64,000 nucleotides of DNA, from NCBI GenBank assembly GCA_032718475.1, contig JAUCBJ010005141.1, positions 25,954-89,953 of the forward strand, read 5' to 3'. The stretch comes from Nemertoderma westbladi (Eukaryota; Animalia; Xenacoelomorpha). Of this stretch, positions 50,621 through 63,665 are shown piece by piece (position 1 is the stretch's first letter; the number at the start of each line of letters is the position of its first letter). Both the position numbers and the translations under genes were made by a program. Under the pieces are notes generated by a model. That model was not told the DNA's origin. It did not search any database and worked only from the letters and a program-made list of their open reading frames with translations.

Positions 50621-52255
50621 AGCTATCATGATTTCCGATAAACAGCCATCATTATCTCCGATAAGCAGCTATAATGATCTCCGATAAACAGCCATCATGA
50701 TCTCCGATAAACAACTATCATGATCTCCGATAAACAGCTATCATGATCTCAGATAAACAGCCATCATGATCTCCGATAAACAGCTATCATGATCTCCGAT
50801 AAACAGCTATCATAATCTCCGATAAACAGCCCTCATGATTTCCGATGAACAGCCATCATGATCTCCGATAAACAGCCATCATGAACTCCGATAAACAGCC
50901 ATCATAATCTCCGATAAACAGCTATCATGATCTCCGATTAACCCGATAAACAGCTATCATGATCTCCAATAAACAGCTATCATGATCTCAGATAAACCGC
51001 CATCATGATCTCCGATAAACAGCTATCATGATCTAAGATAAACAGCTATCATGATCTCCGATAAACCCGATATACAGCTATCGTGATCTCAGATAAACAA
51101 CTATCATGATCTCAGATAAACAGCCATCATGATCTCCGATAAACAGCCATCATGATCTCCGATAAACAGCCATCATGATCTCCAATAAACCCGATAAACA
51201 GCTATCATGATCTCCGATAAACAGCTATCATGATCTCAGATAAACAGCCATCATGATCTCCGATAAACAGCTATCATGATCTCCGATAAACAGCTATCAT
51301 GATCTCAGATAAACAGCCATCAGGATATCCGATAATGATATCCGATAAACAGCCATCATGAACTCCGATAAACAGCTATCATGATCTCTGATAAACAGCT
51401 ATCATGATCTCCGATAAACCCGATAAACAGCTATCATGATCTCCGATAAACAGCTATCATGATCTCAGATATACAGGCATCATGATATCCGATAAACAGC
51501 TATCATGATCTTCGATAAACAGCCATCATGATCTCCGATAAACACCTATCATGATCTCCGATAAACAGCCATCATGATCTCCGATAAACAGCTATCATGA
51601 TCTCCGATAAACAGCTATCATGATCTCAGATAAACAGCCATCATGATCTCCGATAATGATCTCCGATAAACAGCCATCATGAACTCCGATAAACAGCCAT
51701 CATGATCTCCGATAAACAGCTTCATGATCTCTGATAAACCCGATAAACAGCTATCATGATCTCCGATAAACAGCTATCATGATCTCAGATAAACAGCCAT
51801 CATGATCTCCGATAAACAGCTATCATGATCTCCGATAAACAGCTATCATGATCTCAGATAAACAGCCATCATGATCTCCGATAATGATCTCCGATAAACA
51901 GCCATCATGAACTCCGATAAACAGCCATCATGATCTCCGATAAACAGCTTCATGATCTCCGATAAACCCGATAAACAGCTATCATGATCTCCGATAAACA
52001 GCCATCATGAACTCCGATAAACAGCCATCATGATCTCCGATAAACAGCCATCATGATCTCATATAAACAGCCATCATAATCTCCGCTAATGATCTCCGAT
52101 AAACAGCTATCATAATCTCTGATAAACAGCTATCATGATCTCCGATAAACCCGATAAACAGCCATCATGTTCTCCGATAAGCAACCATCATGATCTCCGA
52201 TAAACAGCTATCATGATCTCAGATAGACAGCTATCATGATCTCCCCGATAAACAG
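50621..52255. repeat. 23-bp minisatellite, array 1
   Basis: Unit CAGC(T/C)ATCATGATCTCCGATAAA, with short inserts CCCGATAAA and ATGATCTCCGATA. Confidence 0.97.
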
Positions 52256-52520
52256 GCTTCAAGGTGGCTTCAATTCTAACTAGTTTAGTGTCGAGGTAGT
52301 GTTAATTGCCTCGATGAGGGCCTATTATATATTTTAAATATTTTCTGAATTAACTAATTAAAGTGTAATCATAGAAATACATGAAATCCATGTTCCAGAA
52401 ATTTAGAAAAGTTAACAACTAGAAAATTCAATTATCGATAATTTTACTTTAATTACTTACTTACTTACTTACTAATTAATTAAATAATTAAATTCACAAG
52501 TTATTTAATTTAAAGTGACA

Positions 52521-53759
52521 ATGGCAACTTTGATCAGTGGATCCAGTCGTTCTTCTTCCAACTATTCCTATGTAACGGCTGTGGAAGAAATACAATTAGA
52601 AGAAGTTCAGCGGTCGCCGGAAATACAGGAAGATCTGGAGGCAAACATTCCGTGCGAAGCCCTACAGAACGATGTTGAACAAACAAGCTGGTTATGTAGA
52701 CTGCTGGATACTGATGAGAAAATTGTTAAATCTGTATTCGGAATACTATCATCCTTCCTGGCATTTATTGTCACTGTAATTTTATTAATGGTGCTGCTAC
52801 AACCTGGGGCTGCCGAGTCGACCACCATTAGCCCTAAAGATGTAGCAAAAACCATCACAGAATTAACCGCGAACTCATCAATACCCTCTTCTACTAATAC
52901 ATCACTCTCGTCATCCTCACCTACCAATAAGGAACTCCCAGCTACTAATACATCACTCTCGTCAACCTCATCTACCACTAAGGAACCCTCACCTACTAAT
53001 ACATCACTATCGTCATCCTCACCTACCAATAAGGAACTCCCAGCTACTAATACATCACTCTCGTCAACCTCATCTACCACTAAGGTAATCTCACCTTCTA
53101 CGACCACCACTACTACCATAATAACATTCCCATGTACAAACGGCAATACGGGTCCTATATTGTACCAGTTCGGGTCTTTAAACAAAACACTTTACTGCAA
53201 TCACGAAAGTGGTCTATACATTCAGCGTCGACATTATAAAAAATCCAACGATTTCGATAAAACTTGGTCGCAGTATGAAGAAGGTTTTGGTGACTACACT
53301 GAAAGAAGTTACTGGATGGGGTTGAAGATTCTTAATTGGTTAACAAGCAGTTGGAAGTGTAATCTACAGATAAAAATACAGGTATTACGGGGAGGGGGTA
53401 GGCCAAGTAATACCGAAATAATAAATCCGAGATCAACTTCGATCTGGGTCGCATTATATAAAAATGTAAAGATAAGCTCAGAAGCAACGAATCACACTTT
53501 TAGTTATGGAGAATTCAAAGAATTGAAATTGTCATGGAAGACATTGGGTAATAAAATGATTGAAGCTAACGGGACAGAGTTCTCAACCAAAGATCACGAA
53601 AATTCCTCGTTGGCTAAAGATCGGTCCGGTGGTTGGTGGTTCACTGCGAATTCTAAGGCGAACCTCAACGGCGATTTCAAATCTACTGATAGAAAGAAGG
53701 GAGTCTTTTGGGGTTCTAGTGAAGTTATGTCTACTGAGATGACATTAAAACTACAATGA
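52521..53759 (+). CDS. Type II membrane fibrinogen-related-domain (FReD) protein with Ser/Thr stalk, copy 1 (412 aa)
   Basis: One hydrophobic segment (VFGILSSFLAFIVTVILLMVLL), four 17-aa S/T repeats, then FReD motifs IQRR, DFDKTWSQYEEGFG, YWMGL, FSTKD, GGWWF and NLNG. Intronless; AATAAA near 53778. Confidence 0.9.
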   Translation: MATLISGSSRSSSNYSYVTAVEEIQLEEVQRSPEIQEDLEANIPCEALQNDVEQTSWLCRLLDTDEKIVKSVFGILSSFLAFIVTVILLMVLLQPGAAESTTISPKDVAKTITELTANSSIPSSTNTSLSSSSPTNKELPATNTSLSSTSSTTKEPSPTNTSLSSSSPTNKELPATNTSLSSTSSTTKVISPSTTTTTTIITFPCTNGNTGPILYQFGSLNKTLYCNHESGLYIQRRHYKKSNDFDKTWSQYEEGFGDYTERSYWMGLKILNWLTSSWKCNLQIKIQVLRGGGRPSNTEIINPRSTSIWVALYKNVKISSEATNHTFSYGEFKELKLSWKTLGNKMIEANGTEFSTKDHENSSLAKDRSGGWWFTANSKANLNGDFKSTDRKKGVFWGSSEVMSTEMTLKLQ

Positions 53760-54663
53760 AAGTGTCTCATCAGAAATAATAAATGTCCGAGAAATCCTTA
53801 CGATTACGATCAATACTGTGGATATTTTTACTATGGCCTGTAGACGCACACACCCTATCTATGTGTACTTCATTTTAAAAAACATTCAATTTTCCAATTT
53901 GATTTTAATGCTCTACAACATTATTTGTCTAAATAATATAAATATATATTTATATTTAGAAAAACATATATATATATATATATATTAATAAAAAATAACA
54001 ATATTATAATAATATAATTTTATTATATGAAGTTAGAGAACCACGACTTTAGAGGGATTATGATATAAATCTTATGTGTGTAAGCGGATTCAATTCCACT
54101 TCATTACCCACCAGAAAATGGGACCAGTGTCATTTAGCAATATGTTGGGGATACGAGATTACCAATATTAATATCGTCTCATAACCAAAATTGGGGGGGG
54201 GGGGGGCGACACAAGCCCCAAAGCCACAGAGAAAGGTGAGAGGTCAAACCACCTCGGAGGGAAGACAGCTGGTAGAGGCTAGCAGCGGAGGGGAAACACT
54301 CAAGGGGAGTGCCAATGTGACAATTAGTATATTAGCCAATAGTGGGGAGGGAAGCACGTGATAGGGAACAGGAAATCATCCATAGGGTAGAGGGCCAAAG
54401 TACAGTAGGAGGTGAAACCAATATTCAATGTGTGATTAATCATATATTATCTTACATTATTGGTTTACCGGTCAGTTGAGTTATTCAGTCAGTGCAGACC
54501 AGTCACAGTTAATGACCGCCACCGCTATATCGGTAACAATTAACTTGTATTTTCTGCTATATTCATTTATCAGTATCAATGTGTTATTATCGCCCATGTT
54601 AATCAATAACGAGAAACAACCCAAACACTTATTGTTTTCCCCAACGGCCTTCGGCCAAAGCGA

Positions 54664-57600
54664 ATGATCTCCGATAAACAGCCATCATGATCTCCGATAA
54701 ACAGCCATCATGATCTCCGATAAACAGCTATCATAATCTCCGATAAACAGCCATCATGAATTCCGATGAACAGCCATCATGATCTCCGATAATGATCTCC
54801 GATAAACAGCCATCATGAACTCCGATAAACAGCCATCATGATCTCCGATAAACAGCTATCATGATCTCCGATTAACCCGATAAACAGCTATCATGATCTC
54901 CGATAAACAGCTATCATGAACTCAGATAAACCGCCATCATGATCTCCGATAAACAGCTATCATGATCTCCGATAAACAGCTATCATGATCTCCGATAAAC
55001 CCGATAAACAGCTATCATGATCTCCGATAAACAGCTATCATGATCTCAGATAAACAGCCATCATGATCTCTGATAAACAGCTATCATGATCTCCGATAAA
55101 CAGCCATCATGATCTCCGATAAACAGCTATCATGATCTCCGATAAACAGCTATCATGATCTCCGATAAGCCCGATAAACAGCTATCATGATCTCCGATAA
55201 ACAGCTATCATGATCTCAGATAAACAGCCATCATGATCTCCGATAAACAGCTATCATGATCTCCGATTAACCCGATAAACAGCTATCATGATCTCCGATA
55301 AACAGCTATCATGATCTCAGATAAACCGCCATCATGATCTCCGATAAACAGCTATCATGATCTCCGATAAACAGCTATCATGATCTCCGATAAACCCGAT
55401 AAACAGCTATCATGATCTCCGATAAACAGCTATCATGATCTCAGATAAACAGCCATCATGATCTCCGATAAACAGCTATCATGATCTCCGATAAACAGCC
55501 ATCATGATCTCCGATAAACAGCTATCATGATCTCCGATAAACAGCTATCATGATCTCCGATAAGCCCGATAAACAGCTATCATGATCTCCGATAAACAGC
55601 TATCATGATCTCAGATAAACAGCCATCATGATCTCCGATAAACAGCTATCATGATCTCCGATAAACAGCTATCATTATCTCAGATAAAAGGCCATCATGA
55701 TCTCCGATAATGATCTCCGATAAACAGCCATCATGAACTCCGATAAACAGCCATCATGATCTCCGATAAACAGCTATCATGATCTCCGATAAACCCGATA
55801 AACAGCTATCATGATCTCCGATAAACAGCTATCATGATCTCAGATATACAGGCATCATGATCTCCGATAAACAGCTATCATGATCTTCGATAAACAGCCA
55901 TCATGATCTCCGATAAACACATATCATGATCTCCGATAAACAGCTATCATGATCTCCGATAAACCCGATAAACAGCTATCATGATCTCCGATAAACAGCT
56001 ATCATGATCTCAGATAAACAGCCATCATGATCTCCGATAAACAGCTATCATGATCTCCGATAAACAGCTATCATGATCTGAGATAAACAGCCATCATGAT
56101 CTCCGATAATGATCTCCGATAAACAGCCATCATGAACTCCGATAAACAGCCATCATGATCTCCGATAAACAGCTATCATGATCTCCGATAAACCCGATAA
56201 ACTGCTATCATGATCTCCGATAAACAGCTATCACGATCTCAGATAAACAGCCATCATGATCTCCGATAAACAGCTATCATGATCTCCGATAAACAGCTAT
56301 CATAATCTCTGATAAACCAGATAAACAGCTATCATGATCTCCGATAAACAGCTATCATGATCTCAGATAAACAGCCATCAGGATATCCGATAATGATATC
56401 CGATAAACAGCCATCATGATCTCCGATAAACAGCTATCATGATCTGAGATAAACAGCCATCATGATCTCCGATAATGATCTCCGATAAACAGCCATCATG
56501 AACTCCGATAAACAGCCATCATGATCTCCGATAAACAGCTATCATGATCTCCGATAAACAGCTATCATGATCTGAGATAAACAGCCATCATGATCTCCGA
56601 TAATGATCTCCGATAAACAGCCATCATGAACTCCGATAAACAGCCATCATGATCTCCGATAAACAGCTATCATGATCTCCGATAAACCCGATAAACTGCT
56701 ATCATGATCTCCGATAAACAGCTATCACGATCTCAGATAAACAGCCATCATGATCTCCGATAAACAGCTATCATGATCTCTGATAAACAGCTATCATGAT
56801 CTCCGATAAACCCGATAAACAGCTATCATGATCTCCGATAAACAGATATCATGATCTCAGATATACAGGCATCATGATATCCGATAAACAGCTATCATGA
56901 TCTTCGATAAACAGCCATCATGATCTCCGATAAACACCTATCATGATCTCCGATAAACAGCTATCATGATCTCCGATAAACCCGATAAACAGCTATCATG
57001 ATCTCCGATAAACAGCTATCATGATCTCAGATAAACAGCCATCATGATCTCCGATAAACAGCTATCATGATCTCCGATAAACAGCTATCATGATCTCAGA
57101 TAAACAGCCATCATGATCTCCGATAATGATCTCCGATAAACAGCCATCATGAACTCCGATAAACAGCCATCATGATCTCCGATAAACAGCTATCATGATC
57201 TCCGATAAACCCGATAAACTGCTATCATGATCTCCGATAAACAGCTATCACGATCTCAGATAAACAGCCATCATGATCTCCGATAAACAGCTATCATGAT
57301 CTCCGATAAACAGCTATCATAATCTCCGATAAACCAGATAAACAGCTATCATGATCTCCGATAAACAGCTATCATGATCTCAGATAAACAGCCATCATGA
57401 TCTCCGATAAACAGCTATCATGATCTCCGATAAACAGCTATCATGATCTCAGATAAACAGCCATCATGATCTCCGATAATGATCTCCGATAAACAGCCAT
57501 CATGAACTCCGATAAACAGCCATCATGATCTCCGATAAACAGCTATCATGATCTCCGATAAACCCGATAAACAGCTATCATGATCTCCGATAAACAGCCA

Positions 57601-58070
57601 TCACGATCTCCGATAAACAGCCATCATGATCTCCGATAAACAGCCTCATGAACTCCGATAAACAGCCATCATGATCCCCAATAAGCAGCCATCATGAACT
57701 CCGATAAACAGCCATCATGATCTCCGATAATGATCTCCGATAAACAGCAATCATGATCTCCGATAAACAGTTATCATGATCTCAGATAAACAGCAATCAT
57801 GAACTCCGATAAACAGCCATCATGAACTCCGATAAACAGCCATCATGATCTCCGATAAACAGTCATCATGATCTCAGATAAACAGCCATCATGATCTCCG
57901 CTAATGATCTCCGATAAACAGCTATCATAATCTCCGATAAACAGCTATCATGATCTCCGATAAACCCGATAAACAGCCATCATGTTCTCCGTTAAGCAGC
58001 CATCATGATCTCCGATAAACAGCTATCATGATCTCAGATAAACAGCTATCATGATCTCCCCGATAAACAG
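54664..58070. repeat. 23-bp minisatellite, array 2
   Basis: Same unit as array 1; same right boundary ATCTCCCCGATAAACAGGCTTCAAGG. Confidence 0.97.
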
Positions 58071-58336
58071 GCTTCAAGGTGGCTTCAATTCTAACTAGTT
58101 TAGTGTCGAGGTAGTGTTAATTGCCTCGATGAGGGCCTATTATATATTTTAAATATTTTCTGAATTAACTAATGAAAGTGTAATCATAGAAATACATGAA
58201 ATCCATGTTCCAGAAATCTTAGAAAAGTTAACAACTAGAAAATTCAATTATCGATAATTTTACTTTAATTACTTACTTACTTACTTACTAATTAATTAAA
58301 TAATTAAATTCACAAAATTTTTAATTTAAAGTGACA

Positions 58337-59575
58337 ATGGCAACTTTGATCAGTGGATCCAGTCGTTCTTCTTCCAACTATTCCTATGTATCTGCTGTGG
58401 AAGAAATACAATTAGAAGAAGTTCAGCGGTCGACGGAAATACAGGAAAACCTGGAGGCAAACATTGCGTGCGAACCCCAACTGAACGATGTTGAACAAAC
58501 AAGCTGGTTGTGTAGACTGCTGGATACTGATGAGAAAATTGTTAAATTTGTATTCGGAATACTATCATCCTTCCTGGCATTTATTGTCACTGTAATTTTA
58601 TTAATGGTGCTGCTACAACCTGGGGCTGCCGAGTCGACCACCATTAGCCCTAAAGATGTAGCAAAAACCATCACAGAATTAACCGCGAACTCATCAATAC
58701 CCTCTTCTACTAATACATCACTCTCGTCATCCTCACCTACCAATAAGGAACTCCCAGCTACTAATACATCACTCTCGTCAACCTCATCTACCACTAAGGA
58801 ACCCTCACCTACTAATACATCACTATCGTCATCCTCACCTACCAATAAGGAACTCCCAGCTACTAATACATCACTCTCGTCAACCTCATCTACCACTAAG
58901 GTAATCTCACCTTCTACAACCACCACTACTACCATAATAACATTCCCATGTACAAACGGTAATTCGGGTCCTATATTGTACCAGTTCGGATCTTTAAACA
59001 AAACACTTTACTGCAATCGCGAAAGTGGTCTATACATTCAGCGTCGACATTATAAAAAATCCAACGATTTCGATAAAACTTGGTCGCAGTATGAAGAAGG
59101 TTTTGGTAACTACACTGAAAGAAGTTACTGGATGGGGTTGAAGATTCTTAATTGGTTAACAAGCAGTTGGAAGTGTAATCTACAGATAAAAATACAGGTA
59201 TTACGGGGAGGGGGTAGGCCAAGTAATACCGAAATAATAAATCCGAGATCAACTTCGACCTCGGTCGCATTATATAAAAATGTAAAGATAAGCTCAGAAG
59301 CTACGAATCACACTTTTAGCTATGGAGAATTCAAAGAATTGAAATTGACATGGAATAAATTGGGTAATAAAATGATGAAAGCTAACGGGACAGAGTTCTC
59401 AACCAAAGATCACGATAATTCCTCGTTGGCTAAAGATCGGTCCGGTGGTTGGTGGTTCACTGCGAATTCTAAGGCGAACCTCAACGGAGATTTCAAATCT
59501 ACTGATAGAAAGAAGGGAGTCTTTTGGGGTTCTAGTGAAGTTATGTCTACTGAGATGACATTAAAACTACAATGA
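58337..59575 (+). CDS. Type II membrane FReD protein, copy 2 (412 aa)
   Basis: About 19 amino-acid differences from copy 1; flanks are duplicated. Confidence 0.9.
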   Translation: MATLISGSSRSSSNYSYVSAVEEIQLEEVQRSTEIQENLEANIACEPQLNDVEQTSWLCRLLDTDEKIVKFVFGILSSFLAFIVTVILLMVLLQPGAAESTTISPKDVAKTITELTANSSIPSSTNTSLSSSSPTNKELPATNTSLSSTSSTTKEPSPTNTSLSSSSPTNKELPATNTSLSSTSSTTKVISPSTTTTTTIITFPCTNGNSGPILYQFGSLNKTLYCNRESGLYIQRRHYKKSNDFDKTWSQYEEGFGNYTERSYWMGLKILNWLTSSWKCNLQIKIQVLRGGGRPSNTEIINPRSTSTSVALYKNVKISSEATNHTFSYGEFKELKLTWNKLGNKMMKANGTEFSTKDHDNSSLAKDRSGGWWFTANSKANLNGDFKSTDRKKGVFWGSSEVMSTEMTLKLQ

Positions 59576-60482
59576 AAGTGTCTCATCAGAAATAATAATA
59601 AATGTCCGAGAAATCCTTACGATTATGATCAATACTGCGGATATTTTTACTATGGCCTGTAGACGCACACACCCTATCTATGTGTACTTCATTTTAAAAA
59701 ACATTCATTTTTCCAATTTGAACTTATTGCTCTACAACATTATTTGTCTAAATAATATAAATATATATTTATATTTAGAAAAACATATATATGTATATAT
59801 ATTAATAAAAAATAACAATATTATAATAATATAATTTCATTATAATATGAAGTTAGAGAACCACGACTTTAGAGGGATTATGATATAAATCTTATGTGTG
59901 TAAGCGGATTCAATTCCACTTCATTACCCACCAGAAAATGGGACCAGCGTCATTTAGCAATATGTTGGGGATACGAGATTACCAATATTAATATCGTCTC
60001 ATAACCAACATTGGGGGGGGGGGGGCGACACAAGCCCCAAAGCCACAGAGAAAGGTGAGAGGTCAAACCACCTCGGAGGGAAGACAGCTAGTAGAGGCTA
60101 GCAGCGGAGGGGAAACACTCAAGGGGAGTGCCAATGTGACAATTAGTATATTAGCCAATAGTGGGGAGGGAAGCACGTGATAGGGAACAGGAAAGCATCC
60201 ATTGGGTAGAGGGCCAAAGTACAGTAGGAGGTGAAACCAATATTCAATGCGTGATTAATCATATATTATCTTACATTACTGGTTTACTGGTCAGTTGAGT
60301 TATTCAGTCAGTGCAGACCGGTCATAGTTAATGACCGCCACCGCTATATCAGTAACAATTAACTTGTATTTTCTGCTATATTCATTTATCAGTATCAACG
60401 TGTTATTATCGCCCATGTTAATCAATAACGAGAAACAACCCAAACACTTATTGTTTTCCCCAACGGCCTTCGGCTAAAGCGA

Positions 60483-62541
60483 ATGATCTCCGATAAACAG
60501 CCATCATGATCTCCGATAAACAGCCATCATGATCTCCGATAAACAGCTATCATGATCTCCGATAAACAGCTATCATGATCTCAGATAAACAGCCATCATG
60601 ATCTCCGATAAACAGCTATCATGATTTCCGATAAACAGCTATCATAATCTCCGATAAACAGCCATCATGATTTCCGATGAACAGCCATGATGATCTCCGA
60701 TAATGATCTCCGATAAACAGCCATCATGAACTCCGATAAACAGCCATCATGATCTCCGATAAACAGCTATCATGATCTCCGATTAACCCAATAAACAGCT
60801 ATCATGATCTCCGATAAACAGCTATTATGATCTCCGATAAACAGCCATCATGATCTCCGATAAACAGCCATCATGATCTCCGATAAACAGCTATCATGAT
60901 CTCTGATAAACAGCTATCATGATCTCAGATAAACAGCCATCATGATCTCCGATAAACAGCTATCATGATCTCCGATAAACAGCTATCATAATCTCCGATA
61001 AACAGCCATCATGATTTCCGATGAACAGCCATGATGATCTCTGATAATGATCTCCGATAAACAGCCATCATGAACTCCGATAAACAGCCATCATGATCTC
61101 CGATAAACAGCTATCATGATCTCCGATTAACCCGATAAACAGCTATCATGATCTCAGATAAACAGCCATCATGATCTCCGATAAACAGCTATCATGATCT
61201 CCGATAAACAGCTATCATGATCTCAGATAAACAGGCCATCATGATCTCCGATAATGATCTCCGATAAACAGCCATCATGAACTCCGAAAAACAGCCATCA
61301 TGATCTCTGATAAACAGCTATCATGATCTCCGATAAACCCGATAAACAGCTATCATGATCTCCGATAAACAGCTATCATGATCTCAGATATACAGGCATC
61401 ATGATCTCCGATAAACAGCTATCATGATCTTCGATAAGCAGCCATCATGATCTCCGATAAACACCTATCATGATCTCCGATAAACAGCTATCATGATCTC
61501 CGATAAACCCGATAAACAGCTATCATGATCTCCGATAAACAGCTATCATGATCTCAGATAAACAGCCATCATGATCTCCGATAAACAGCTATCATGATCT
61601 CCGATAAACAGCCATCATGATCTCCGATAATGATCTCCGATAATGATCTCCGATAAACAGCCATCATGAACTCCGATAAACAGCCATCATGATCTCCGAT
61701 AAACAGCTATCATGATCTCCGATAAACCCGATAAACTGCAATCATGATCTCCGATAAACAGCTATCACGATCTCAGATAAACAGCCATCATGATCTCCGA
61801 TAAACAGCTATCATGATCTCCGATAAACAGCTATCATAATCTCCGATAAACCAGATAAACAGCTATCATGATCTCCGATAAACAGCTATCATGATCTCAG
61901 ATAAACAGCCATCATGATCTCCGATAAACAGCTATCATGATCTCCGATAAACAGCTATCATGATCTCAGATAAACAGCCATCATGATCTCCGATAATGAT
62001 CTCCGATAAACAGCCATCATGATCTCCGATAAACAGCTATCATGATCTCCGATAAACCCGATAAACAGCTATCATGATCTCCGATAAACAGCCATCACGA
62101 TCTCCGATAAACAGCCATCATGATCTCCGATAAACAGCCATCATGAACTCCGATAAACAGCCATCATGATCTCCGATAAACAGCATCATGATCTCCGATA
62201 ATGATCTCCGATAAACAGCAATCATGATCTCCGATAAACAGTTATCATGATCTCAGATAAACAGCAATCATGAACTCCGATAAACAGCCATCATGAACTC
62301 CGATAAACAGCCTTCATGATCTCCGATAAACAGCCATCATGATCTCAGATAAACAGCCATCATGATCTCCGCTAATGATCTCCGATAAACAGCTATCATA
62401 ATCTCCGATAAACAGCTATCATGATCTCCGATAAACCCGATAAACAGCCATCATGTTCTCCGATAAGCAGCCATCATGATCTCCGATAAACAGCTATCAT
62501 GATCTCAGATAAACAGCTATCATGATCTCCCCGATAAACAG
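60483..62541. repeat. 23-bp minisatellite, array 3
   Basis: Same unit and both boundaries as array 2. Confidence 0.97.
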
Positions 62542-62807
62542 GCTTCAAGGTGGCTTCAATTCTAACTAGTTTAGTGTCGAGGTAGTGTTAATTGCCTCGA
62601 TGAGGGCCTATTATATATTTTAAATATTTTCTGAATTAACTAATGAAAGTGTAATCATAGAAATACATGAAATCCATGTTCCAGAAATCTTAGAAAAGTT
62701 AACAACTAGAAAATTCAATTATCGATAACTTTACTTTAATTACTTACTTACTTACTTACTAATTAATTAAATAATTAAATTCACAAATTATTTAATTTAA
62801 AGTGACA

Positions 62808-63665
62808 ATGGCAACTTTGATCAGTGGATCCAGTCGTTCTTCTTCCAACTATTCCTATGTAACTGCTGTGGAAGAAATACAATTAGAAGAAGTTCAGCGG
62901 TCGCCGGAAATACAGGAAAACCTGGAGGCAAACATTCCGTGCGAACCCCAACAGAACGATGTTGAACAAACAAGCTGGTTATGTAGACTGCTGGATACTG
63001 ATGAGAAAATTGTTAAATTTGTATTCGGAATCCTGTCATCCTTCCTGGCATTTATTGTCACTGTAATTTTATTAATGGTGCTGCTACAACCTGGGGCTGC
63101 CGAGTCGACCACCATTAGCCCTAAAGATGTAGCAAAAACCACCACAGAATTAACCGCGAACTCATCAATACCCTCTTCTACTAATACATCACTCTCGTCA
63201 ACCTCACCTACCACTAAGGAACCCTCACCTACTAATACATCACTCTCGTCAACCCCACCTACAACTAAGGAACTCCAAGCTACTAATAGGCCTACATCAC
63301 TCTCGTCAACCTCATCTACCACTAAGGTAATCTCACCTTCTACGACCACCACTACTACCATAATAACATTCCCATGTACAAACGGTAATACGGGTCCTAT
63401 ATTGTACCCATTCGGGTCTTTAAACAAAACACTTTACTGCAATCGCAAAAGTGGTCTATACATTCAGCGTCGACATTATAAAAAATCCTACGATTTCGAT
63501 AAAACTTGGTCGCAGTATGAAGAAGGTTTTGGTAACTACACTGAAAAAAGTTTCTGGATGGGGTTGAACATTCTATATTTATTCACAAGCAGTTGGAAGT
63601 GTGATCTAAGGATGAAAATAAGGGTATTACTGCATCCATCCCCCCCCCCCCCTTTTTTTTTTTAA
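62808..63665 (+). pseudogene. Type II membrane FReD gene copy 3, interrupted mid-domain at ~63630
   Basis: Homology stops after GGTATTAC (63623-63630) and runs into poly-C/poly-T. The FSTKD/GGWW half is absent within the window and may resume beyond it. Confidence 0.75.

Noticed and set aside
52515-52520. GTG start of the FReD genes given by the ORF track
   Set aside because: In a eukaryote, the ATG two codons downstream (ACAATGG, good Kozak context) is the likely start.
52607-53185. 192-aa minus-strand ORF (also 58423-59001 and 62894-63427)
   Set aside because: Antisense shadow of the Ser/Thr stalk codons.
54646-54657. GGCCTTCGGCC hairpin and distal CTAG as Helitron/Helentron ends around the 23-bp arrays
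   Set aside because: The hairpin is mutated in the next unit and absent before array 1, and no other terminal hallmarks are visible, so the evidence is too weak.
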